A DNA stretch of 64,000 nt, taken from an uncultured Gemmatimonadaceae bacterium. GTDB taxonomy: Bacteria; Gemmatimonadota; Gemmatimonadetes; Gemmatimonadales; Gemmatimonadaceae. The stretch is from assembly GCA_963843845.1 (NCBI GenBank), contig CAWJMB010000002.1:2784001-2848000 (forward strand). Reading direction: 5' to 3'. Positions 54,701 through 64,000 of this stretch are shown piece by piece. Each line of letters starts with the position of its first letter. The first letter of the stretch is position 1. The notes under the pieces were generated by a model. It searched no databases, was not told the DNA's origin, and saw only the letters and a program-made list of their open reading frames with translations. A program made the translations under genes and the position numbers.

Positions 54701-55798
54701 ATGCGACTTCTCGGCTTCCGCGTCGGCCGCGCGCTCGATCGGTACGTGTTCGCGGAGTTCATCAAGATCTTCGTCGTCACGGCACTCGGCTTCCCGGTGC
54801 TCGTCTTCGTCATCGACCTCGTCGAGAACCTGTCGAAGTTCCTGAACAAGAACGTGCCGAAGCCGGCGATCCTGATGTCGTACGTGTACTGGCTGCCGGA
54901 GACGATGTTCAACGTCCTGCCGGCGGCGGTGCTGTTCGCCACCGTGTTCACGGTCGGCGCGGTGACGCGGCACTCGGAGATCACCGCGGCGAAGGCCTCG
55001 GGGATCAGCTTCTATCGCTTCATCGTTCCCATCGTCGTCGGCGCCACGATCGCCATGGGACTCGGCCTCGGACTCGGCGAGCTGGCGCCGCGCTGGAACG
55101 CGAAGCGCCTCGCGCTCATCGGTGAGACGCGCAACTCGGCCGGCAACGTGCGCGTGCGCTTCGCCTACGCCGGCGAGGGGGGGCGCGTCTACCGCGCGCA
55201 GCAGCTGCTCGTCGATTCGGGCACCATGAGCCTCGTCGAGATCGAGCGGCGCGGAACCGGGCCCGACTACCCGACGCAGCTCATCGCCGCGAAAGACGCG
55301 AAGTGGACGGCCAGGAGAGGGTGGACGCTGCGGAGCGGCGCGTTCCACCTGCTGCCGACCGACACGAGCGACATCGCGTTCGCGTTCGACTCGCTCGTCG
55401 ACCGCCGCCTCGTCGAGCGTCCGCGCGACCTCATGCTCACCCCGAAGGCCCCCGACGACATGGGCTTCGCGGAGCTCGGGCGCCACATCGAGGCCCAGGC
55501 GCGGTCGGGGTCGGACGTGAACGCGCTCCGCGTGTCGCGCATGCTCAAGATCACGATCCCGGTGACGTGCGTGATCATCCTGCTCTTCGGCGCCCCGCTC
55601 GCGACGAGCACGCAGCGCGGCGGCGCGGCGTTCGGCGTCGGACTGTCGCTCGGCACGACGGTCGTGTTCCTCGTGCTGATCCAACTCACTCGCGCGATCG
55701 GTGGCAAAGGCGTGGTGCGGCCGGAGCTCGCGGCGTGGATCCCGTCGGCGCTCTTCGGCGTCGCGGGACTGATCCTGCTCGCGCGGACGCGCACCTAG
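54701..55798 (+). CDS. lptG: LPS export permease LptG
   Basis: [31 protein letters not shown]. Confidence 0.88.
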   Translation: MRLLGFRVGRALDRYVFAEFIKIFVVTALGFPVLVFVIDLVENLSKFLNKNVPKPAILMSYVYWLPETMFNVLPAAVLFATVFTVGAVTRHSEITAAKASGISFYRFIVPIVVGATIAMGLGLGLGELAPRWNAKRLALIGETRNSAGNVRVRFAYAGEGGRVYRAQQLLVDSGTMSLVEIERRGTGPDYPTQLIAAKDAKWTARRGWTLRSGAFHLLPTDTSDIAFAFDSLVDRRLVERPRDLMLTPKAPDDMGFAELGRHIEAQARSGSDVNALRVSRMLKITIPVTCVIILLFGAPLATSTQRGGAAFGVGLSLGTTVVFLVLIQLTRAIGGKGVVRPELAAWIPSALFGVAGLILLARTRT

Positions 55799-55823
55799 AT
55801 GCTCGGCGCGGACGGAGTGTGAG

Positions 55824-57269
55824 TTGACGCCGACCGCGCCGAGCACGGGCCGCATCCTCATCGTCTCGAACCGGCTGCCGGTCACCGCGAGCCTCGTCGA
55901 CGGCCGGCTCGTCGTCACCCGCAGCAGCGGCGGATTGGCGACGGGGCTCGCTCGACCGCACGAGCGCTCGGGCGGGCTCTGGATCGGCTGGCCTGGAAAC
56001 GTCGCGGCCGGTGACCCCCACGCGGACGACCCGCACGCGGACGACGCACACGCCGAGGAGCTCCGGCGTGAGCTGGCGTCGCTCCGCCTCGTTCCCGTCT
56101 CGCTCTCGGCGAGCGAGGTCGACGTGTTCTACGAGCGCGTCTCGAACGCCGTGCTCTGGCCACTCTTCCACGACCGGCTCGACCGGCTGCCGCTCGCGGT
56201 CGAAGGGTGGGACGTGTACGATGCCGTCAACGCCCGCTTCGCCGACGTCGTGGCCGCGCAGTATCGCCCCGGCGACACGATCTGGGTCCACGACTATCAG
56301 CTCCTCCGCCTGCCGGCGCTCCTGCGCGAGCGCATTCCGCACGCGCGGATCGGATTCTTCCTGCACATCCCCTTCCCCCCGGCCGACCTGTTCGCGACCC
56401 TCGCGCCGCGGCGCTGGCTGCTGGAAGGGCTGCTCGGCGCCGATCTGATCGGCTTCCACACGCACCGCTACCTGCACCACTTCCGCGACGCGGCCGCGCG
56501 CCTCCTCGGCCTGCCGCACGACGACGGCGCACCGATCGAGTGGCGCGGGCGCGCGGTGCGGGTCGGCGTCTTCCCCATGGGTGTCGACGCCGCCGCCCTG
56601 GCCTCGCAGGCCGAGCACCGCGACGTGACGGCGGCGATGCATTCCTTCCGCGGCGACCGCACCCGCCTGCTCCTGGGCGTCGACCGGCTCGACTACAGCA
56701 AGGGGATCCCGCGCCGCCTGCTCGCGATCGAGCGGCTGCTGCAACGCCACCCGGAATGGCACGAGCGCGTCCGGCTGACGCAGGTCGCCGTGCCGTCGCG
56801 CGGCGGCGTCGACGCCTACCGCCGATTCCGCGATCAGGTGAACGCGCTCGTCGGGCGGATCAACGGCGAGTTCGCGACGCCGACGTGGACCCCCGTGCAG
56901 TACATCCATCGCAGCGTCTCATCGACGACGCTGCTCGCGCTGTACCGTGCGGCCGACGTCATGCTCGTCACGCCGGTCCGCGACGGCATGAACCTCGTCG
57001 CGAAAGAGTTCGTCGCGGCGCGCATCGACGAGGACGGCGTGCTCGTGCTGAGCGAGTTCGCCGGGGCCGCCGCGGAGCTGAGCGACGCCGTGCTCGTGAA
57101 CCCGTACGACCTGGACGGCACCGCGGACGCGATCGACGCGGCGCTGCGCATGGACGGCGCCCAGCGCCGACGCCGCATGTGGGCACTCCGCCGACACGTG
57201 ATGGAGAACGATGTGCACCGCTGGGCCGCGTCGTTCATCGACGCGCTCGGCGGCGCCGGCGCCGGCTGA
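55824..57269 (+). CDS. otsA: Trehalose-6-phosphate synthase
   Basis: [49 protein letters not shown]. Confidence 0.93.
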   Translation: MTPTAPSTGRILIVSNRLPVTASLVDGRLVVTRSSGGLATGLARPHERSGGLWIGWPGNVAAGDPHADDPHADDAHAEELRRELASLRLVPVSLSASEVDVFYERVSNAVLWPLFHDRLDRLPLAVEGWDVYDAVNARFADVVAAQYRPGDTIWVHDYQLLRLPALLRERIPHARIGFFLHIPFPPADLFATLAPRRWLLEGLLGADLIGFHTHRYLHHFRDAAARLLGLPHDDGAPIEWRGRAVRVGVFPMGVDAAALASQAEHRDVTAAMHSFRGDRTRLLLGVDRLDYSKGIPRRLLAIERLLQRHPEWHERVRLTQVAVPSRGGVDAYRRFRDQVNALVGRINGEFATPTWTPVQYIHRSVSSTTLLALYRAADVMLVTPVRDGMNLVAKEFVAARIDEDGVLVLSEFAGAAAELSDAVLVNPYDLDGTADAIDAALRMDGAQRRRRMWALRRHVMENDVHRWAASFIDALGGAGAG

Positions 57270-57312
57270 CGGCCGCGCCCTCCGGTACCACCGCCCTCCC
57301 GCGCCCCTTCGC

Positions 57313-58347
57313 ATGCAATTCGACATCTCCGAAGCCTGGACGACGACGCAGCGGCTCTCGAACTCGGCGGTCGCGGCGATCCCGCGATTCATTCTCGCCG
57401 CCGTCGTCCTCCTCATCTTCGTGCTCATCGGACGCGGCATCCGCTCGCTCGTCCGGCGCACCGCAGCGCGCGTCTCGCGCGGGGGGCAGGAGCATCACAC
57501 GCTGGAGCGGGCGCTCGGGCGCGTCGCGCAGGGCGTCGTCGTCATCGTCGGCGTGCTCGTCGCGACGACGGCGGCCTTCCCGTCGTTCACGCCGGCGAAT
57601 CTCGTCAGCACGCTCGGCATCAGCGGCGTCGCGATCGGCTTCGCGTTCAAGGACATCTTCCAGAACTTCCTCGCCGGGCTCCTCCTCCTCATCACGCGTC
57701 CGTTCGTCGTCGGCGACCAGATCCGCTTCCAGGGCGAGGAGGGAACCGTCGAGGACATCCAGACGCGTGCGACGTTCCTCAAGACCTACGACGGGCGCCG
57801 CGTCGTGATCCCGAACGCCGAGCTGTTCACGAATTCCGTGGTCGTGAACACCGCGTTCCCGCAGCGGCGCTCGCAGTACGACATCGGCATCGGCTACGGC
57901 GACGACGTCGCCAAGGCGAGGGAGATCATCCTCGGTGTGCTGCGCGACGCCGAGGGCGTGTCTGCGGACCCGAAGGCCGACGTCATCCTCGTCGACCTCG
58001 CCGGGTCGAGCGTGAATCTCCGCGCGCGGTGGTGGAGCGATTCGCGCATGGGAGACGTCCTCGTCGCGCAGGACCGGGTGCTCACCGAGGCGAAGCGGCG
58101 GCTGACCGCCGCCGGCATCGACCTGCCGTTCCCGACGCAGCAGATCCTCCTCCACGATCAGACCGAGGAGACCGACGGCGACCGGCGCCGCCAGCGCGAG
58201 GGGTGGCCTGCGGGCGACGGTGACGTGCCGCGGACGCGCGCCGCCGTGCGTGATGACCAGGCCCGCGCTCGTGAGACGCCGGCCGCCGGCGCCGAGCCGG
58301 GTGAGTCGACCGACCGCCCGAGTTCGCCACCCGGACGGCGAACATGA
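57313..58347 (+). CDS. mscS: Small-conductance mechanosensitive channel
   Basis: AIGFAFKDIFQNFLAG..RPFVVGD, DGRRVVIPN, GIDLPFP. Confidence 0.9.
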   Translation: MQFDISEAWTTTQRLSNSAVAAIPRFILAAVVLLIFVLIGRGIRSLVRRTAARVSRGGQEHHTLERALGRVAQGVVVIVGVLVATTAAFPSFTPANLVSTLGISGVAIGFAFKDIFQNFLAGLLLLITRPFVVGDQIRFQGEEGTVEDIQTRATFLKTYDGRRVVIPNAELFTNSVVVNTAFPQRRSQYDIGIGYGDDVAKAREIILGVLRDAEGVSADPKADVILVDLAGSSVNLRARWWSDSRMGDVLVAQDRVLTEAKRRLTAAGIDLPFPTQQILLHDQTEETDGDRRRQREGWPAGDGDVPRTRAAVRDDQARARETPAAGAEPGESTDRPSSPPGRRT

Positions 58348-59570
58348 GTCGATCGTATCTCGCGGCGCTCGCGGCCGTCGCGGTCGCCATCCTCGCCGTC
58401 GGCCTCGTCGTCCGACGATCGCTGACCCACGTCGACCGGATGCCGGCGGCCGCGCCCCCGAGTGAGGCCGCGGCGCTGCAGCAACTCTCGCGGGAAGGCG
58501 ATCTGCGCGCGATCGCCGAGTTCGTCGACGAGCGCGTCCGCAGCTCGGCGTCGCGCGTCGTGTTCGCTCCGGAGACCCAGACCGCGGGCATTCGCTGGAC
58601 GGCCGACACGGTCCTCGCGACGCGCGACGAGCAGCCGATCGTCGCCCTGCGCCTCCCGGCCGGCGACAGCGTGCGCCCGTCCCTCGCACGGTCGGCCGAC
58701 GACTCGACCGATCGCGCCATGGCGCTGCGAATGCGGCACCGCTGGGTCATCGCGATCGGCCGGCACGCCAGCGGCGGCGTGGTCTCGACCGCCTCGCTCG
58801 CCGGCGGGTTGACGAGCGCTCCGTGCGGCGACCGCGCGGTCGAGGCCTTCGTGCTCGGCACCGCGCTCGACGACCAGTTCGCCGGCGCCGGGCTCTTCGC
58901 GCTCGACGGCCGGCTGGTCGGCATGGCCGTGCGCTGCGCCGGTCGCGTCGTCGGCGTGCCGACCGCGGAGGTCGTCCGGCTGCTCGCCGACGCGCTCTCC
59001 ACCGCGCAGCGCGTGCGGCGTGACTTCGGCTTCGCGGCGACGCCGCTCGATGGGCGCGGTCAGGCGCTCTTCGGGGTGAACGCCGGGCTGCTCGTCACCG
59101 AAGCCGATCCGTCGCGCCTCGCCGCCACGCTGCGGGTCGGCGACGTGCTCCTCGCCGTCGACAGCGCGCCGGTCGCGACGGCCGAGGACCTGACCCGCGT
59201 CGCGGTCGCCGCGGAGAGCGTGACCGTCACGCGACGTCGGGGCGCGACGGTGTCCACCGTCCGCCTCGGGCGCCGCGCGGCCGCCGCGGAGGACGTCGCC
59301 GATCCCCTCACCGCGCTGGGCCTCCAGCTCGCGAGGGCGACCGATGCCGCGACGATCGAGGCGGTTCGTCTCGCGTCGCCCGCCGCGCTCGGTGGGCTGC
59401 GCCCCGGCGACCGGATCGTCCGCGTCGACGGCGAGGCCGTGCGATCGGCCGCGGACGTGCGCCGGCGACTGGCCGCGTCGCGCGCCGGGAACGCGTTCGT
59501 CGTCGTGGCGCGCGGCGCGATCGAGCGCGGCGTTCTCGTGCCGCTCGGATCGAGCCCGGCCGATCGATGA
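58344..59570 (+). CDS. Membrane-anchored PDZ-domain protein (degenerate HtrA-like)
   Basis: N-terminal TM, GAGLFALDGRLVGM, two PDZ motifs (LRVGDVLLAVD; SPA..GLRPGDRIVRVDG). Confidence 0.7.
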   Translation: MSRSYLAALAAVAVAILAVGLVVRRSLTHVDRMPAAAPPSEAAALQQLSREGDLRAIAEFVDERVRSSASRVVFAPETQTAGIRWTADTVLATRDEQPIVALRLPAGDSVRPSLARSADDSTDRAMALRMRHRWVIAIGRHASGGVVSTASLAGGLTSAPCGDRAVEAFVLGTALDDQFAGAGLFALDGRLVGMAVRCAGRVVGVPTAEVVRLLADALSTAQRVRRDFGFAATPLDGRGQALFGVNAGLLVTEADPSRLAATLRVGDVLLAVDSAPVATAEDLTRVAVAAESVTVTRRRGATVSTVRLGRRAAAAEDVADPLTALGLQLARATDAATIEAVRLASPAALGGLRPGDRIVRVDGEAVRSAADVRRRLAASRAGNAFVVVARGAIERGVLVPLGSSPADR

Positions 59571-60805
59571 GCGAGCTGGCGTCGCTCGGTCTCATCCTGC
59601 TCTCCGCCCTCCTCGTCGGGCACCTCGTCAAGTTCGCCCGCATCCCCGAGGTCACCGGCTACCTGATCTCGGGGATGCTCGTCGGGCCGTCCGTGCTGGG
59701 GTGGGTGTCGCACGAGAACCTCGAGGCGCTGCACGTGTTCAGCGAGGTCGGACTCGGCCTCATCCTGTTCTCGATCGGCGGCGTGTTCGAGGTCTCGCGG
59801 CTGCGCGGCATGGGTCGGCGACTGCTGACCGTCACGCTCGCCGAATCGCTGCTGGCGGCGGGACTGGTTGGGGGCGGGATGCTCGTCGTCGGGCAGCCGT
59901 GGCCGATCGCGCTCCTGTTGGGCGCGATCGCCGTCGAGACGGGGGCGGCGTCGACGCTCATGGTGATCCGCGAGAACAACGCCGCCGGGCCGTTCACCGA
60001 GACGCTCACCGGGATCATCGGGCTGAACAACGTGTTCGCGCTCATCGCGTTCAGCCTCGCGGCCGTCGTGCTCGACCTCAGCGCGATGGCGAGCGGTGCG
60101 TCCGGGGCCGGAGTCAGTGTCGACGGCGTGCTGCGCGCGGTGTTCCCCCTCGTCTGGCAGCTCGTCGGGTCGAGCGCGCTCGGCTTCCTCGTCGGACTGC
60201 TGCTCGCGTCGTGGGCGGCGAAGGTCGTCGAGTCGGGCGAGGTGCTGATCCTCCTCGTCGGCTGCGTGCTGCTCACCGTCGGCGCCGCGGGCACGTTCGG
60301 GCTCTCGCCGCTCGTCGCCAGCCTCGCCGTCGGCGCGACGATGACGAACCTCTCGAGCAAGAGCCGTCGGCTGTTCGATGCGCTCGGCCGCACCGATCCC
60401 CCGCTCTACGTGATCTTCTTCGTGCTCGCCGGGGCGGACCTGAACCTGGCGCTGCTGCCGTCCTTGGGCGTGCTCGGCGCCGTGTACGTGCTCTGTCGCG
60501 CGGCCGGCAAGTTCGGCGGCGCCTGGCTGGCAGCGCGGCGGGAGTCGTTCCCGCACTCGGTGCAGCCGCTGTTCGGGCTCTCGCTGTTCGCGCAGGCGGG
60601 GCTCGCGGTCGGGCTCGTGCTCGTCACCCGCGAGCGCTTTCCCGAGATCGCGCCGACGGTGTCGACCGTCGTCCTCGGCGCCGTCGTCGTGTTCGAGATC
60701 GCGGGCCCGCTCAGCGCACGACTGGCGCTCGACCGCAGCGGCGAGTCGCGCGCGCAGGACGCCGATCCCCTCCTTCCGCTCGACCCAGAGGCGACCAGCT
60801 CATGA
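59567..60805 (+). CDS. Cation:proton antiporter (CPA2/Kef-type membrane domain)
   Basis: IPEVTGYL..G.LVGPS, many TM helices, FFVLAGA, QAGLAVGL. Confidence 0.85.
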   Translation: MSELASLGLILLSALLVGHLVKFARIPEVTGYLISGMLVGPSVLGWVSHENLEALHVFSEVGLGLILFSIGGVFEVSRLRGMGRRLLTVTLAESLLAAGLVGGGMLVVGQPWPIALLLGAIAVETGAASTLMVIRENNAAGPFTETLTGIIGLNNVFALIAFSLAAVVLDLSAMASGASGAGVSVDGVLRAVFPLVWQLVGSSALGFLVGLLLASWAAKVVESGEVLILLVGCVLLTVGAAGTFGLSPLVASLAVGATMTNLSSKSRRLFDALGRTDPPLYVIFFVLAGADLNLALLPSLGVLGAVYVLCRAAGKFGGAWLAARRESFPHSVQPLFGLSLFAQAGLAVGLVLVTRERFPEIAPTVSTVVLGAVVVFEIAGPLSARLALDRSGESRAQDADPLLPLDPEATSS

Positions 60806-62173
60806 GTGACGGGCGTGCGTAACCCATTCGGCCGACTCCGCGCCGCGTGGCGGCAGCTGCGCGAGAGCCTGTGGTTCGTGCCCACACTCCTCGTCGTCGG
60901 CGGCATCGGCCTCGCCGTGGCCCTCGTCGAGCTCTCCAGTCGCGTCGACCGCACGCTGCTCTACGAGATGCCGCGCCTCTTCGGTGCGAGCGCGGACAGC
61001 TCACGCGCCATGCTCGGCGCCATCGCCGGGTCCATGATCACCGTCGCGGGCCTGTCCTTCTCGCTCACCATGCTCGCCGTCACGCAGGCGTCGAGTCAGT
61101 ACACGCCGCGGATCCTGCGCAACTTCATGGGCGACCGCGCGAACCAGACGGTGCTCGGCGTGTTCGTCGGCGTGTTCGCCTACTGCATCGTCGTGCTCCG
61201 CACCATCCGCGGCGGGAGCGAGGAAGGGGTCGCCGAGTTCGTGCCGTCGATCGCCGTGCTCATGGGCGTACTGCTCGCGATCGTCGCCGTCGGCGTGCTG
61301 ATCTTCTTCGTGCACCACATCGCGACGAGCCTGCAGGCGTCGACGATCCTCCGACGCGTCGCGCGCGACACCGTCGCCGCGGTCGACCGCCTCTTCCCCG
61401 ACGAGCTGGGCGACGAGGCCGCGCCCGGCGCGGCGGCGCACACACTCCACGACATCCCGCCGTCGGCATGGCGCCCGGCGCCATCGACCGTCACGGGCTA
61501 CGTGCAGTCGGTGGACGCGCCGGCGCTGCTGCGGATCGCGCGCGACGCGTCGTGCGTGGTCCGGATGGAGCGCGCCGTCGGCGAGTTCGTCGTCGATGGG
61601 ATGCCGCTCGCCGCGATCGCGCCGCGGACGGGGGGTGGCGGCGACGACGACGACGACGACGTCGCGCGCTCGGTCGCGGGCTGCTTCACCGTGGCCGGCG
61701 TACCGCACGGTCGACCAGGACGCGGGGTTCGGCATCCGCCAGCTCGTGGACATCGCGCTCAAGGCGCTCTCTCCCGGGATCAACGACACGACCACGGCGG
61801 TGAGCTGCGTCGACTACCTCGGCGCGGTGCTCGTCCGACTCGCCAGCCGGCGCGTCGAGGAGCGCGCGCGCGGCGAGGACGGCGAGCTCTACGTGATCGC
61901 GCGCGGAGCCACGTTCGAGTCGCTCCTCGCCGCAGCGGTCGACGAGATCCGGCAGAACGCCGCGGGGAACGTCAGCGTCCTCGTCCGGCTGATCGACGTC
62001 CTCGGGTGGGTCGGCGACGCGACGGCCACCCCCGCACGACGCCGACTGGTCGACGAGCAGACGGCGCTCGTCGCGTCCGACGCGGAGCGCACGGTGGCCG
62101 CGGAGCACGACCGCGCGCGCCTGCGCGCGCTCGTCGGCCATCGCGCGGTCGACGCGCCTCCGGTCGCGTCGCG

Positions 62174-62177
<4 letters not shown>
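60806..62177 (+). CDS. DUF2254 membrane protein (frameshift near 61700)
   Basis: SLWFVP, ASSQYTPR, QDAGFGIRQLVDIALKALSPGINDTTTA. Confidence 0.85.
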
Positions 62178-63595
<1,418 letters not shown>

Positions 63596-63773
63596 GGAGG
63601 TCGAGCGGAGGTGGAGGCGCAGGCGCGGTCGGCTACGGGGGGGACCGGGTGCACACTAACAGGTTCCGCGCGCCGGTCCTGACGCGGAGCGCATGTCGCG
63701 GCGTACCCTGCGCCCCGCGCGAGGTGCGCCGGGTCGTCCGCCTGGCGCGGACTGTGCCGATGGATTGGCGCCT

Positions 63774-64000
63774 GTGACGACACCCAATCAGGCGATCGCC
63801 GCGAGACCGCGCGCCCGGGCGCGCCGGCGCCGCTACTCGTTTCCGCTCTCGCGCCGCACCGCGCGCGCGGCGCGCGCGTTCCTGCAGGGCGTCGGCGCGC
63901 GCGGCTACTTCGCGCGCGACATCGGCCGCGCCGTCGGCGAGCCGCGCACCTGGCTCGCCGAATCGATCCGCCAGATGCGCGGCATGGGCGTCGATTCGCT
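63774..64000 (+). CDS. mlaE: MlaE-family ABC permease, 5' part (truncated by window)
   Basis: Manual translation ...FLQGVGARGYFARDIGRAVGEPRTWLAESIRQMRGMGVDS matches the MlaE start (QM..G.DS). Confidence 0.6.
   Translation, partial: MTTPNQAIAARPRARARRRRYSFPLSRRTARAARAFLQGVGARGYFARDIGRAVGEPRTWLAESIRQMRGMGVDS

Overview
Very GC-rich bacterial DNA, probably Gemmatimonadota (inferred from the style of SprA, LptF/G and the imuA-imuB-dnaE2 cassette). It has many single-base indels that look like long-read errors. Bases 1 to ~35,670 form an accessory defence island. It holds a Lamassu/ABC-three-component locus (cut by the window edge), a three-gene nuclease-like operon, an IS21 copy, an HExxH-peptidase-like gene ending in a HicA-like domain, a diverged paralog pair flanking a PD-(D/E)xK nuclease, an SF1 helicase, Hachiman (hamAB), a type I R-M system and a 5'-nucleotidase. 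In its middle is an unusual Mu/Tn7-like transposition operon: a TnsB DDE core, a separately encoded TnsB C-terminal-like protein, a TnsC-like AAA+ ATPase and a ~700-aa unknown protein where TniQ/TnsD would normally sit; no TnsA or TniQ is visible. A TTACGAG repeat cluster ending in CA about 56 bp past the pilC stop codon looks like the element's right end. Three island genes share the upstream motif CGARTTTCCG-N14-CCGGGTAG. Bases ~35,700-64,000 are ordinary backbone: comEA-pilB-pilT-pilC, imuA-imuB-dnaE2, sprA, lptFG, otsA, mscS, a PDZ protein, a CPA2 antiporter, DUF2254, nhaA and the start of mlaE. All family calls come from motif recognition by eye; no searches were run.
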